Positions 10,137-20,532 of a DNA stretch of 58,306 nt are shown piece by piece; the first letter of the stretch is position 1; each line of letters opens with the position of its first letter. The DNA lies in contig CBFICG010000001.1 of assembly GCA_965661025.1 (NCBI GenBank), positions 1 through 58,306 on the forward strand, given 5' to 3'. Below the pieces are notes generated by a model. It was given only the letters and a program-made list of their open reading frames with translations. It was not told the DNA's origin and did not search any database. Both the position numbers and the translations under genes were made by a program. Origin of the DNA: Flavobacteriaceae bacterium. Lineage in GTDB: Bacteria; Bacteroidota; Bacteroidia; Flavobacteriales; Flavobacteriaceae.

Positions 10137-10853
10137 TTAAAATCCACGTTCGTTTTTTATGGCTTCATACGCTTGTTGTATACGCTGAAACTTTTCTTTG
10201 GCTGCCTTTTCGGCAGCAGGGCCTAAGTTACGAACTCTATCGGGATGGTGTTTTTTGACCAAATCCCGATACGCTTTCTTTATTTGGGCATCTGTAGAAG
10301 CCTTTGATACTTCCAAAATGGTGTATGCACTATCGGTTTGAGCAATAAACATGGCTTTGATGCTATTAAAATCTGCTGCGCTAATGCGCATATAGCCTGC
10401 AATTTCGCTAAGCTTTTCAACCTCTACTGCGGATACCTTTCCATCGGCTTTAGCAATGCGAAACAAAAAATCAAGCATTTGTAAACGCGCCTCGTAACGA
10501 GTTCGTGTTACTAAAAACTGCCCTATTTCCATTGCCGTAATTCCCGATTTTTTAAACTCGGCGTTGTAAATCCTAAATATTTCGTTTGCACGGTCTTTCC
10601 CAAAAAACTGCACAAATTGGGTCCGAACATAATCCAACTCGGACTGTGTGGCTTTACCATCAGCTTTAATAACGATGCCTGCCAGGGCTAACAAACGAAG
10701 TTCAAATTCCTGAGCAGATACCCGTGTGGTTTGAAACGAGGTTCTGATTCGTCCGCTACTACCCGCTTCTAAAAGCGTTCCCAAAAAAAAGCCCATTAGT
10801 GCCCCTGTAAACCGAAACACCATATACCCTATAAAAGCCAATAACCATCGCAT
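10137..10853 (-). CDS. Membrane-anchored TerB-like plus C-terminal J-domain co-chaperone (DjlA-like)
   Basis: N-terminal TM segment, two TerB-like repeats (KADGKATQSELDYV and KADGKVSAVEVEKL), and a J-domain with YTILEV...KKAYRDLVKKHHPDR. Confidence 0.75.
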   Translation of the reverse strand: MRWLLAFIGYMVFRFTGALMGFFLGTLLEAGSSGRIRTSFQTTRVSAQEFELRLLALAGIVIKADGKATQSELDYVRTQFVQFFGKDRANEIFRIYNAEFKKSGITAMEIGQFLVTRTRYEARLQMLDFLFRIAKADGKVSAVEVEKLSEIAGYMRISAADFNSIKAMFIAQTDSAYTILEVSKASTDAQIKKAYRDLVKKHHPDRVRNLGPAAEKAAKEKFQRIQQAYEAIKNERGF

Positions 10854-10917
10854 TGCGCAAAAGTACGAAGGATTTTAGGGGGATTTAATTTACATTAGCA
10901 TAAATTTTTAGTCTAGC

Positions 10918-11436
10918 ATGTCCACTCCCGAAAACCGAAGATTTAACAGAACACGTGACTTTGCACAAAAGCACTTACCTAAAAACGCTTCTTTGCTTGA
11001 CTTAGGAACACCTAATGCCCTTTCAGCCTTTTTAGAAACTGCTGGTTTTAAGGTTCAAAACACCAAAGGAGAAAATTTGGATACCGATTACCATAACTAT
11101 CTCAATACCGATGCAGATTGCGTTACTGCCTTTGAGATTTTTGAACACATGTTGGCGCCTTTTAATATTCTTAGTCAAATAAATTGTGAAAAACTGATAG
11201 CTTCTGTGCCACTAAAATTATGGTTTGCCCCTGCCTATTGGAATACCAAAGACGATTGGGATAAGCATTATCACGAATTTGAGCAAAAACAATTTGATTT
11301 TCTACTTGAGAAAAGTGGTTGGGAAATAAAAGACAGTATGCTTTGGACATCTCCTGATTTTAAAAAAATTGGTATTCGCCCACTATTACGCTACATCACG
11401 CCCCGCTATTATATGGTGTATTGCGAACGTGCATAA
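10918..11436 (+). CDS. Putative class I SAM-dependent methyltransferase
   Basis: LLDLGTPNA (motif I-like) and AFEIFEHM (post-II-like). This is a weak motif-level call. Confidence 0.45.
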   Translation: MSTPENRRFNRTRDFAQKHLPKNASLLDLGTPNALSAFLETAGFKVQNTKGENLDTDYHNYLNTDADCVTAFEIFEHMLAPFNILSQINCEKLIASVPLKLWFAPAYWNTKDDWDKHYHEFEQKQFDFLLEKSGWEIKDSMLWTSPDFKKIGIRPLLRYITPRYYMVYCERA

Positions 11437-11477
11437 ATCCACAGGCTTCCCTATCTTTGTAATCTAAAATTAATGCT

Positions 11478-11888
11478 ATGTATCCTGCTGAAATTGTTCA
11501 ACCCATGCGCGACGAGCTAACTGCCGTTGGCTTTACTCAATGTACCACTGCCGATAGCGTTATTTCGGCGCTAAAAAAAAGCGGCACCACACTTCTGGTG
11601 GTTAATTCGGTTTGTGGTTGTGCTGCTGCTAATGCCCGTCCGGGGGCACGTATGTCACTAGCTAATGATAAATCCCCTGAACAACTCATTACTGTTTTTG
11701 CAGGTGTAGATCAAGAAGCTACTGCCGAAGCACGAAGCCAAATGGTTCCTTTTCCACCATCTTCTCCAAGCATCGCGCTTTTTAAAGACGGCGAATTGGT
11801 GCATATGTTAGAGCGCCATCACATTGAGGGGCGTCCTGCAGAGCTTATTGCGGAAAACCTTAAAGAAGCGTATAACGCACACTGCTAA
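11478..11888 (+). CDS. BrxA/BrxB-type bacilliredoxin (DUF1094)
   Basis: NSVCGCAAANARP active-site CGC motif; 136 aa. Confidence 0.75.
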   Translation: MYPAEIVQPMRDELTAVGFTQCTTADSVISALKKSGTTLLVVNSVCGCAAANARPGARMSLANDKSPEQLITVFAGVDQEATAEARSQMVPFPPSSPSIALFKDGELVHMLERHHIEGRPAELIAENLKEAYNAHC

Positions 11889-11897
11889 GTTGTTTTT

Positions 11898-12629
11898 ATG
11901 GCTAAGCTCATTTCTTATCTGCTTAGCGTGCTTTATTACCTGGTTTTTGGATTTATTTTAATTCTATTCGACGGTATTCAGCGTTTGTGCTATCTGTTTG
12001 GTTATCAGGCGCATAAAAATAGTGTTGATGTACTCAATTTCTTTTTGTTACGCGGACTAAATCTGCTAGGTACGAGGATTGTTTTTGATATGCCCTTTGG
12101 GTTGGAAAAAGATCAGTCCTATATTATTGTTGCCAACCACCAAAGTACTTACGATATCCCTCCTTTGATTTGGTTTTTTAGGAAAGTTCACCCCAAATTT
12201 GTGGGCAAAAAAGAACTCGGAAAAGGGATTCCAAGCATATCTTTTAACCTAAAACATGGCGGCTCGGTACTCATCGATAGAAAAAACCCCAAACAGGCAT
12301 TAAAACATATTAAAGCCTTTGGAGAACGACTTGCCACAACGCATCGCAGTGCTGTAATTTTCCCCGAAGGAACCCGAAGCAGAAACCATGAGCCACGCCC
12401 ATTTCGATACGCTGGCTTGATGCAACTCGCCGAGGTTATGCCAAATGCAAAACTGTTAGGGGTTTCTATAAGCCATTCTTGGAAAATTACTCGATACGGA
12501 TCATTCCCCATGGGTATTGGTACAAAAATGATACTAAAAGTACATCCTCCTATTGCCATACCAAAAGATGATATTGCAGACACACTACGTCAGTTAGAAG
12601 AAAAAATAAAAGCTTCGGTGCTGAATTAA
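11898..12629 (+). CDS. plsC: 1-acyl-sn-glycerol-3-phosphate acyltransferase family
   Basis: NHQSTYD (HX4D box) and FPEGTRS motifs. Confidence 0.8.
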   Translation: MAKLISYLLSVLYYLVFGFILILFDGIQRLCYLFGYQAHKNSVDVLNFFLLRGLNLLGTRIVFDMPFGLEKDQSYIIVANHQSTYDIPPLIWFFRKVHPKFVGKKELGKGIPSISFNLKHGGSVLIDRKNPKQALKHIKAFGERLATTHRSAVIFPEGTRSRNHEPRPFRYAGLMQLAEVMPNAKLLGVSISHSWKITRYGSFPMGIGTKMILKVHPPIAIPKDDIADTLRQLEEKIKASVLN

Positions 12630-14065
12630 TCTATACGTGGAAAGCGAACTTCAAATCGTGTAGCTTGATTTGGATTTGACGAAAACTTTACCTCCCCACC
12701 ATAGGTTTCCGCAATCGATTTTACCATACTCAATCCAAGTCCCATTCCGCTTGTTTTGGTAGTAAACGTGGGTTCAAAAATGCGCTCATGATGTGCTTCA
12801 GGAACCCCTTTCCCATTGTCTTCTACAGACAAATAAATCCATTTTTCATCTCCAACAAGGCGTACAAGTATGCTTGGTTTACGCGCCTCTGCACATGCGT
12901 CTAAAGCATTGCTCATAAGGTTATTAACAATCCGAACCAATTGGGTGGCGTCGAGTTGCGCGTAATACTTGTCATCAACCTCCAAAGCAATGGGCGTATC
13001 TTTATACAATTCCATTGCGCGCTGAACAGTTGCCGTTATATTTAATCGCTCTGTTTGACCTGTAGGCATTGCTGCAAACTGTGAAAATGCTGAGGCAATG
13101 GCACTCATTGTGTCAATTTGCTGAATCAGCGTTTGGCTAAACTCATGCACTTGCGTTTTCCACTCCGAGGAGCCTTTGGCTACCTGTTGTTCAAAATGTT
13201 GAATGCTCAATCGCATGGGGGTTAGGGGGTTTTTGATTTCGTGTGCAACCTGTTTTGCCATCTCGCGCCATGCTGCCTCGCGTTGCGATTTAGCAAGTTT
13301 TACAGCGCTTTGCTCCAACTCATCTACCATGTGATTATAAGCGTCCACCAACGCCGAAATTTCTTTGCTTGCTTTGGTCAATTCAATTTTTGTATTTGAT
13401 TTGGCAAGCTTTGTTTGGTTGAGTTTGATGCTAATTGTCTCTAGTGATTGCGTAATGTAGGACGAAACAATAAATGCCAAAATGATGGCTATAATAAGCA
13501 TAATGACATAAACCTGTACCAAGCGAAGTAAAAAAGCGTTAAGCTCTAACGAACTTAGCGAGTCGTCATCGAAATATGGCACATTTAAAATGGCAATAGG
13601 CAAAGCCGCATTATCAAAAATAAAAAAATAGGACGAACGCATTCGAGTACCATCACTAGTGCTTACGTCAATAAGGCGTTCTGAAGGATTAGATCGCAAT
13701 TGTGCCAACAGCCTTTTTGGAAGCACTTGTACAGGCGGAACTTCCATAAGTTGTGTGGACGACATCAACACTCCTGAAAGGCTATATATCCTAAAATTAA
13801 TGTTTAATACGTCGGCCGTTTGTTGCATGTATGGCTCAAAAATAGCACTTGCGTTAGCGGGGGCAACTTCTATAGGAGTGTCTTCAAGCAAATACGCGAT
13901 GCGCTTTTTCAACTGTTTTTCTTTCCGTTCTAAGCGTTGTTCGTGATAGGCGTTTGATTGCTCACGATACTGAAAAATGGTAACGCCAGCGATAAGCAAC
14001 GAGGCAACAACCACCAAAAAAATAAGAGCAATAAAAATACGTGCGCGAAGAGATAGCAAACGCAT
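12626..14065 (-). CDS. Orphan sensor histidine kinase (2 TM, extracytoplasmic loop, HAMP, HisKA, HATPase)
   Basis: H-box HEIKNPLTPM (NtrY-like), N-box NLMSNALDA, G-boxes DNGKGVP and GMGLGLSMV. ATG 14065 is preferred over 14113 because it begins 4 nt after the hemJ stop and starts with a basic-hydrophobic N-terminus. No response regulator is present in the window. Confidence 0.85.
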   Translation of the reverse strand: MRLLSLRARIFIALIFLVVVASLLIAGVTIFQYREQSNAYHEQRLERKEKQLKKRIAYLLEDTPIEVAPANASAIFEPYMQQTADVLNINFRIYSLSGVLMSSTQLMEVPPVQVLPKRLLAQLRSNPSERLIDVSTSDGTRMRSSYFFIFDNAALPIAILNVPYFDDDSLSSLELNAFLLRLVQVYVIMLIIAIILAFIVSSYITQSLETISIKLNQTKLAKSNTKIELTKASKEISALVDAYNHMVDELEQSAVKLAKSQREAAWREMAKQVAHEIKNPLTPMRLSIQHFEQQVAKGSSEWKTQVHEFSQTLIQQIDTMSAIASAFSQFAAMPTGQTERLNITATVQRAMELYKDTPIALEVDDKYYAQLDATQLVRIVNNLMSNALDACAEARKPSILVRLVGDEKWIYLSVEDNGKGVPEAHHERIFEPTFTTKTSGMGLGLSMVKSIAETYGGEVKFSSNPNQATRFEVRFPRID

Positions 14066-14069
14066 AAAG

Positions 14070-14618
14070 CTACAATTTTGGGGTTCGGTAGCGTTTGTAG
14101 AGGCGGATTCCAAGCATTAATAGGACCGCTAAACCCACCAAACCAATGAGTCCAAAAATCCAGTGCACACTGTTTTTAAGAATGGCAAGGAACACCACCG
14201 CAAACAAAATCAGCGTAGCGCCTTCGTTCCAAAAGCGAAAAAACGTAGCGCCATAACGATGTTCGCCGCGTAAGAATTCTTTGTAAAGCGTATGGGTTTT
14301 GGCATGATACAAGAATAATAATCCTACAAAAACAAGCTTTACCCACATCCACGGTTGGGCAAGCCAAACAGGCATTAACGCCAATAACCAAACTGCAAAA
14401 AGCGTTGCCAAAATGCCCGAAGGAACGGTGATTATCACCCACAACCTACGCATCATCAATTGCAATTGCGGCAACAAAATATCAGCTTCATTTTTAGGTC
14501 GGGCTGCGGCTTCTACTTGGTATACCATTAGTCTAGGGATATAGAACAACCCCGCGAAGTAGGTGATTACAAAAATCAAGTGAAGGGCTTTTATGTAGTT
14601 ATAGGCTTCCACGTGCAA
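14070..14618 (-). CDS. hemJ: Protoporphyrinogen IX oxidase, HemJ type
   Basis: 182 aa and about 5 TM segments, with N-terminal YIKALHLIFVITYFAGLFYIPRL typical of HemJ (TIGR00701-like). It lies immediately downstream of hemH. Confidence 0.75.
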   Translation of the reverse strand: MHVEAYNYIKALHLIFVITYFAGLFYIPRLMVYQVEAAARPKNEADILLPQLQLMMRRLWVIITVPSGILATLFAVWLLALMPVWLAQPWMWVKLVFVGLLFLYHAKTHTLYKEFLRGEHRYGATFFRFWNEGATLILFAVVFLAILKNSVHWIFGLIGLVGLAVLLMLGIRLYKRYRTPKL

Positions 14619-14648
14619 ACAATTGACCTAAAGGTACATTTTTTATAA

Positions 14649-15668
14649 CTATGAGGCGGCTGCCCATTCATCAATCCAACGACTTAGGACATTTACCCAA
14701 TCATCGCGGTCGTTGATACAAGGGACAACGTGCATTTCCTCACCTCCTTTTTCTTCAAAATCCTCTTTGGCTTCCATCCCTATTTCCTCTAGCGTTTCCA
14801 AGCAATCCGATATAAATGCTGGCGTAACTACAGCCATTTGTTTGGTTCCGTTTTTAGCAAACCCTTCTACAGTTTTGTCGGTGTATGGGCGCAACCATTT
14901 GTCGCCAGCTAACCTCGATTGAAACGATGTAGAAAAGGTTCCTGGACGCAATTCCAAGTATTCAGCAACCTGTCGTGTGGTTTCGTAGCACTGGTGACGA
15001 TAGCAATACGCATGCGCTTCAGACTTGGTTTGGCAACATGCTCCGTCAATTTTACAATGTGCTTTGGTCACATCCGATTTACGAATATGCCGTTCTGGAA
15101 CCCCATGATACGAAAATAATAAATGTTCCCATGGCTTGTCTTGTAAGTATTCTTGAATGGAGTGCGACAGTACACGAATATAATCCGGATGATTGTAAAA
15201 AGCAGGTAAGTGCGTAAAGGTCATGTTTGGATACTGCTTTGCTCGAATCTCTTCAGCCAAAACCAAAATGGTTTCGGTAGTTGCCATGGCATGTTGTGGA
15301 TATAGCGGAACAAGGAGCACATGGTCAACCCCTTTTTGGTGCAATTCTTTTAGCCCCGAAGCAATTGAAGGTTGTCCATACCGCATTGCTAATGCAATAG
15401 GTAAAGAAGTTTTTGCAGCTACTTTTTGCTGCAGGCGCTCAGAGAGGACGATAAGCGGAGAGCCTTCATCCCACCATATTTTTTTGTAGGCTTTTGCCGA
15501 TCGTTTTGGCCGTGTTTTTAAAATAATTCCCTTAACCAAAAAAGAACGAAACCATTTTGGAACATCAATAACGCGCTCATCCAATAAAAATTCTTCCAAA
15601 TAGGGTTTAACGTCCTTGGCAGTAGGACTTAGCGGCGAACCCAGGTTCACCAAGAGTACTCCTTTCAT
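14649..15668 (-). CDS. hemH: Ferrochelatase
   Basis: Starts VLLVNLGSP; contains FSYHGVPERH and SDCLETLEEI motifs; 339 aa. Confidence 0.9.
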   Translation of the reverse strand: MKGVLLVNLGSPLSPTAKDVKPYLEEFLLDERVIDVPKWFRSFLVKGIILKTRPKRSAKAYKKIWWDEGSPLIVLSERLQQKVAAKTSLPIALAMRYGQPSIASGLKELHQKGVDHVLLVPLYPQHAMATTETILVLAEEIRAKQYPNMTFTHLPAFYNHPDYIRVLSHSIQEYLQDKPWEHLLFSYHGVPERHIRKSDVTKAHCKIDGACCQTKSEAHAYCYRHQCYETTRQVAEYLELRPGTFSTSFQSRLAGDKWLRPYTDKTVEGFAKNGTKQMAVVTPAFISDCLETLEEIGMEAKEDFEEKGGEEMHVVPCINDRDDWVNVLSRWIDEWAAAS

Positions 15669-15682
15669 AGCTTACTTTTTCG

Positions 15683-16570
15683 CTACGAAGATACAGACAA
15701 AATGTATTTTTTTGGCGTTGTGCCAAACTTCTTGTTGAAGGCTTCGATAAAGTGACTAGAATGACTGTAGCCAAGTTGCAAGGCAACCTCGTTTACGTTA
15801 TAAGAACCCGCGCCTAAAAGTTGGCGCGCATGATTCATTTTATGATCCAATACAAACTGATATACCGTACTTCCATAAAGCTGTTTAAACCCTTCTTTCA
15901 ATTTTTTTAGGCTTAGCCCAATTTCATCTGCTAATTCCTGCAAACTTGGCGGATTTGTCATATGATCGAGCATAATTTTCTTGGCGTTTCTGATTTTTCT
16001 AACATTTTCTTCGTCTACCAAAAACGGACATTCTGCAATATCAGTTGCCTCAGCAGGGTTGAAATACAAACTCAATAATTCATATACTTTCCCCTTTAAG
16101 TACAATCGGCTCATTAGTGCATTGGGTTGATGTTGCAAAATTTGACTCAGAGCTACTGCCATAGAGGGCGTTATAATATGATCCTTGTAATATTTTTTAT
16201 TGCTGTTTTCATCTGACAAAAAGGGAATCTGATTTGCTTCTTGTGAAAACAAGCTGTGGAATTTTTTTATAGAAATAAGCACCGTAACCAATTGCGAATT
16301 AGGAGTTACGTCCAATTCCATGGGAAGGTCCCGTTGCGGATTATACAGCAGTAACACATGTTCGTCTAATAATGGAAGACTATAGGTCCGTTGATTAAAA
16401 TGAAAGGTTGCACTACCGCGAAAACAAAAATGAAATTGAATCAAACTGGCATCAACATGACGAACAATGGGTTGGGAAGTATCCCTATTGTTTTCGTAGG
16501 TCAACACACAAAAACCTTCCTCAATAAGTTGATCTACTTCAGGACTTAATACGTTATTTTCAGACAACAT
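15683..16570 (-). CDS. AraC family transcriptional regulator, first gene of the minus-strand heme operon
   Basis: C-terminal double HTH (LADEIGLSLKKLKEGFKQLYG, LGYSHSSHFIEAFNKKFGTTPKKY) and an N-terminal cupin-like ligand domain. Confidence 0.85.
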   Translation of the reverse strand: MLSENNVLSPEVDQLIEEGFCVLTYENNRDTSQPIVRHVDASLIQFHFCFRGSATFHFNQRTYSLPLLDEHVLLLYNPQRDLPMELDVTPNSQLVTVLISIKKFHSLFSQEANQIPFLSDENSNKKYYKDHIITPSMAVALSQILQHQPNALMSRLYLKGKVYELLSLYFNPAEATDIAECPFLVDEENVRKIRNAKKIMLDHMTNPPSLQELADEIGLSLKKLKEGFKQLYGSTVYQFVLDHKMNHARQLLGAGSYNVNEVALQLGYSHSSHFIEAFNKKFGTTPKKYILSVSS

Positions 16571-16699
16571 AATATGGCTTTGTTTTAGGCAATATTAACA
16601 AATATACAATGAAAAAATGGAATTTTTACCGATGCTATTTCGGTTCTAATAACGGCACAAAAAGTACTTTTAGCGTTATTTTTTGTCTTTGATGTGCAT

Positions 16700-16707
16700 T
16701 ATTTTTG
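16700..16707 (+). promoter_or_regulatory. Candidate Bacteroidota -7 promoter box TATTTTTG for the hemA operon
   Basis: Matches TAnnTTTG and sits 22 nt upstream of ATG 16729. It overlaps the TTG (16705) used by the ORF track, which argues for the ATG start. Confidence 0.4.
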
Positions 16708-16728
16708 CTACGCAACAAAAAACCAAAA

Positions 16729-17964
16729 ATGCCGGCAACGGATATTTTTTACTGTGTAGGTGTTAGCTACAAAAAAGCAGATGCGTCATTGCGAGGGAAA
16801 TTCAGTCTCCCCGCAAATGTTCTTCCTTTACTCTTTGAGGATGCTCGTGCACAGGGGATTACCTCTTTAGTCGTTAGTTCTACATGTAACAGAACAGAGC
16901 TTTACGCCCAAGTAGATGATGTAGCGGTGCTAAAAGCGTTGTTATTCAAACACTCTGATGGAACAAAACAAGCTTTTGAAAAAGTTGGTTTTGTATATAA
17001 TGGGCAACGCGCTATTTTGCATTTGTTTCGTGTTGGAACAGGATTGGATAGTCAAATTTTGGGTGATTTTGAAATTATCGCACAACTCAAACAAAGTTTT
17101 AAGCTGTCTAAACAAAATCACATGTTGAGTTCGTTTATGGAGCGCATGTTTAATATGGTAATTCAGGCAAGTAAACGCATCAAAACCGAAACCGAATTAT
17201 CTTCTGGAGCAACTTCAATTTCATACGTTTCGGTTCGTTATATTCTAGATACAGTCCCCCATTTGAACAACAAAAATATACTGCTTTTTGGTATTGGGAA
17301 AATTGGACGAAATACCTGCGAAAATCTTATCAAACACACCAAAAACAATCACATTACCCTAATCAACAGAACACGTGAACGCGCCGAAGAATTGGGGGGG
17401 AAGTTTTCTATTGAGGTAAAAGATTACGCTGCGCTTCCTGTAGAAATTCGCAAAGCCGATGTGCTTGTTGTTGCCACCGGAGCTGAAAAGCCTACCATTG
17501 CCAAATCGATTATTCACACAGATAAGCCACTGCTCATTTTGGATTTATCGATGCCCAAAAACGTAAATCCAAACGTGCAAGAATTGCCAAATGTTACGTT
17601 GCTACACTTGGACGAGCTTTCCAAAATGTCTGATGAGACACTTCTTACACGTAAAAAATTTGTGCCACAAGCCAAGCAAATTATTACTGAAGTATTGGAG
17701 GAATTTAATGAATGGGTAGAAACACGGAAATTTGCTCCTACCTTAGTTGCGGTTAAAAAGTTAATGCACAAAATGCAAGAACAAGAATTAGAAGTGCAAC
17801 GTAAAAAAAACCCATCGCTAGATACCGTGCAGGCTGTAGCCGTTTCTGAACGTGTTATTCAGAAACTGACAAATCGTATGGCAAATCACTTGCGCGAAAG
17901 TGCCAATACCGACCAAAGCATTAAGGCATTAGAATCGCTTTTTAATGTTGTGACAGATGAGTAA
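16729..17964 (+). CDS. hemA: Glutamyl-tRNA reductase
   Basis: Catalytic motif SSTCNRTELY and an NADPH-binding GIGKIG motif. The stop overlaps the hemC start (ATGAGTAA). Confidence 0.9.
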   Translation: MPATDIFYCVGVSYKKADASLRGKFSLPANVLPLLFEDARAQGITSLVVSSTCNRTELYAQVDDVAVLKALLFKHSDGTKQAFEKVGFVYNGQRAILHLFRVGTGLDSQILGDFEIIAQLKQSFKLSKQNHMLSSFMERMFNMVIQASKRIKTETELSSGATSISYVSVRYILDTVPHLNNKNILLFGIGKIGRNTCENLIKHTKNNHITLINRTRERAEELGGKFSIEVKDYAALPVEIRKADVLVVATGAEKPTIAKSIIHTDKPLLILDLSMPKNVNPNVQELPNVTLLHLDELSKMSDETLLTRKKFVPQAKQIITEVLEEFNEWVETRKFAPTLVAVKKLMHKMQEQELEVQRKKNPSLDTVQAVAVSERVIQKLTNRMANHLRESANTDQSIKALESLFNVVTDE

Positions 17965-18847
17965 TCTCATTCGCATTGGAACTCGTGGCAGCGCACTTGC
18001 TCTATGGCAAGCGCGTTGGGTGCAAACCATATTAACATCTATTGGGTTAAAGAGCGAATTAGTCCCCATACCGTCTAGCGGGGATCAACAACAACATAAA
18101 CCATTATATGAATTGGGCGTACAGGGTATTTTCACAAAAGAACTTGATATTGCCTTGCTTGCAGGAGATGTGCATATTGCCGTACATAGCATGAAAGATG
18201 TGCCAACGCAGTTACCCGAAGGAATCGTAGCCGCCTTTGTTCCCAAACGCGGTGCATGGCAAGATGTATTTATTCCAAATACTAACCAGTGGGCGGCAGA
18301 TAATAGTGTTGTGGCAACCAGTAGTTTACGGCGTGCTGCACAGTGGCTACACAAGTATCCATCGCACAAGATAACCGACATTCGCGGGAACGTACCCACA
18401 CGACTAAAGAAACTTAGTGAATCTAATCATAGTGGAACCATCATGGCAATGGCGGGGCTCCTTCGACTAGAAATGCTTCCTAAAAATAGTCTGGTTTTGG
18501 ATTGGATGATTTCTGCGCCGGCTCAGGGGGCAATTATGGTTACTGGATTAGCGGAAAATAAAAAGCTGTTGTCTACTCTTAAAAAATTAAATCACAAAGA
18601 GACTGTACGTTGTGTCCAAGAAGAGCGTCTTTTTTTACGAACCCTCGAAGGTGGATGTACTGCTCCCATTGGCGCTCATGCGCAAGTGCTTGGAAATAAA
18701 ATACATTTTAAAGGGTGTATTACGCAAAAAGATGGTCTAAAGCAACTGGTTTTTGATGAAGTATTCGCATTAGACGCATCAAACATTGGGCAAACCGCTG
18801 CCGAACAACTTCTCGAAAAAGGAGCAAAAAAGTTGTTAGATGCATAA
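17957..18847 (+). CDS. hemC: Hydroxymethylbilane synthase (porphobilinogen deaminase)
   Basis: IRIGTRGSALALWQA N-terminus and a cofactor cysteine in EGGCTAPIGA. Confidence 0.9.
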   Translation: MSNLIRIGTRGSALALWQARWVQTILTSIGLKSELVPIPSSGDQQQHKPLYELGVQGIFTKELDIALLAGDVHIAVHSMKDVPTQLPEGIVAAFVPKRGAWQDVFIPNTNQWAADNSVVATSSLRRAAQWLHKYPSHKITDIRGNVPTRLKKLSESNHSGTIMAMAGLLRLEMLPKNSLVLDWMISAPAQGAIMVTGLAENKKLLSTLKKLNHKETVRCVQEERLFLRTLEGGCTAPIGAHAQVLGNKIHFKGCITQKDGLKQLVFDEVFALDASNIGQTAAEQLLEKGAKKLLDA

Positions 18848-19511
18848 GCCATTACTCATGTCTACCAAAATTCTACCTCCACCGCTAAAGGAGCGCATCG
18901 TGCAAAACGGATTGGCATATATAGAATACGATGCCATTCGTATTTCACCTATACCATTTGAAATACCTCCAGCGGCAGATGTTGTGATTTTTAGTAGTCA
19001 AAACGCCACAAATACCGTGTTGAAAAAAGCACATTCGTTACATCAAAGCATTGTACTTTGCGTAGGGAAACAGTCTGAAAGACTACTTTTAGAAAATCAG
19101 ATAAAACCCCTAAAAACAACCGAAAACATGTCATTATTGATTGATTTTATTGAAAATTTAGACAAAAATGATCGTTTTTTGCATTTTTGTGGAAATCGAA
19201 GGTTGCCACTTTTGGCCAAAAAAATGGCTGAATGGGAATGTAATTTTGAAGAGATTATGGTCTACAAAACCGAACTTACTAATTCAAAAATTGAAACAAC
19301 TCCAAACGCTCTGCTTTTCTTTAGTCCAAGTGGTGTTGAAAGTCACGAAAAACATAACGATATAACAAACACACACTGCTTTTGCATTGGGAACACTACA
19401 GCAACTGCGCTAAAGCAAACGCCAAAGTCTGTTCACATCATGGAAAAACCGAATACGGAACAACTCGTGGCTAAAGCAATCCACTATTTTAAAGGTTCAA
19501 AACATGCTTAA
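18840..19511 (+). CDS. hemD: Uroporphyrinogen-III synthase
   Basis: HEM4-like size and FSSQNA / FFSPSGV motif pair. It sits between hemC and hemE with 8-nt overlaps on both sides. The start could instead be ATG 18858. Confidence 0.7.
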   Translation: MHKPLLMSTKILPPPLKERIVQNGLAYIEYDAIRISPIPFEIPPAADVVIFSSQNATNTVLKKAHSLHQSIVLCVGKQSERLLLENQIKPLKTTENMSLLIDFIENLDKNDRFLHFCGNRRLPLLAKKMAEWECNFEEIMVYKTELTNSKIETTPNALLFFSPSGVESHEKHNDITNTHCFCIGNTTATALKQTPKSVHIMEKPNTEQLVAKAIHYFKGSKHA

Positions 19512-20529
19512 AAACGATTTATTGCTTCGTGCGCTTAACGGAGAATCCATGTCCAGACCACCCGTTTGGATGATGCGTCAAGCCGGAAGATACCTGCCTG
19601 ATTTTATGAAGTTAAAAGAAAAATATGACTTTTTTACACGTTGTCGTACCCCCGAACTAGCCACTGAAATCACGGTCATGCCTATTGATCAAATAGAAAC
19701 AGATGCCGCAATTTTATTTTCAGATATTTTAGTAGTACCACAAGCTATGGACATTACTGTGGAAATGAAAGATGGGGTTGGGCCTTGGTTACCAAATCCG
19801 ATTCGGAATGCCAAAGACGTAGATAATGTAGCTGTTCCAGATGTTGAAGATCGTTTGCATTACGTAATGGAAGCTGTAAAATTAACAAAAACAGCCCTAG
19901 ACAATCGTGTTCCCTTAATTGGGTTTGCTGGCTCTCCTTGGACGATTTTATGTTATGCGGTGCAAGGACAGGGATCAAAAAACTTTGATTTGGCAAAAGG
20001 ATTTTGCTTTTCACAACCCGAAGCAGCACATCAATTGCTTCAAAAAATTACCGATACCACCATAGCCTACCTCAAAGCAAAGGTCCGTGCAGGCGTTGAT
20101 GCTGTACAACTATTTGACTCGTGGGGGGGAATGCTTGGCGAAGAAGATTATCAATCGTTTTCGTGGCAGTATATGCAAAAAATTATAAGCGCCCTTAAAG
20201 ACGAAACTAAAGTTATTGCTTTTGCCAAGGGCTGTTGGTTTGCACTACCTGCCATGGCGCGTTCTGGGGCACACGCTTTAGGAGTTGACTGGACCTGTTC
20301 GGCCCGAAACGCACGGTATTTATCAGGGGGGCAAATTACATTACAGGGCAATTTTGATCCTTCAAGATTACTGTCTCCTATACCCCAAATTGAGAAAATG
20401 GCTAAAAATATGGTGGATGCATTTGGGACACAACATTACATTGCCAACCTCGGACATGGTATTTTACCAAACGTTCCTGTAGATCACGCGAAAGCTTTTG
20501 TAAATGCCATAAAGTCTTACAATGCCTAG
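19504..20529 (+). CDS. hemE: Uroporphyrinogen decarboxylase
   Basis: [15 protein letters not shown] signature; 341 aa. Confidence 0.95.
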   Translation: MLKNDLLLRALNGESMSRPPVWMMRQAGRYLPDFMKLKEKYDFFTRCRTPELATEITVMPIDQIETDAAILFSDILVVPQAMDITVEMKDGVGPWLPNPIRNAKDVDNVAVPDVEDRLHYVMEAVKLTKTALDNRVPLIGFAGSPWTILCYAVQGQGSKNFDLAKGFCFSQPEAAHQLLQKITDTTIAYLKAKVRAGVDAVQLFDSWGGMLGEEDYQSFSWQYMQKIISALKDETKVIAFAKGCWFALPAMARSGAHALGVDWTCSARNARYLSGGQITLQGNFDPSRLLSPIPQIEKMAKNMVDAFGTQHYIANLGHGILPNVPVDHAKAFVNAIKSYNA

Positions 20530-20532
20530 GCC

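Noticed and set aside
16705-16728. TTG start for hemA used by the ORF track
   Set aside because: The TTG lies inside the candidate -7 promoter box (16700..16707). ATG 16729 gives an N-terminus close to the conserved GluTR core.
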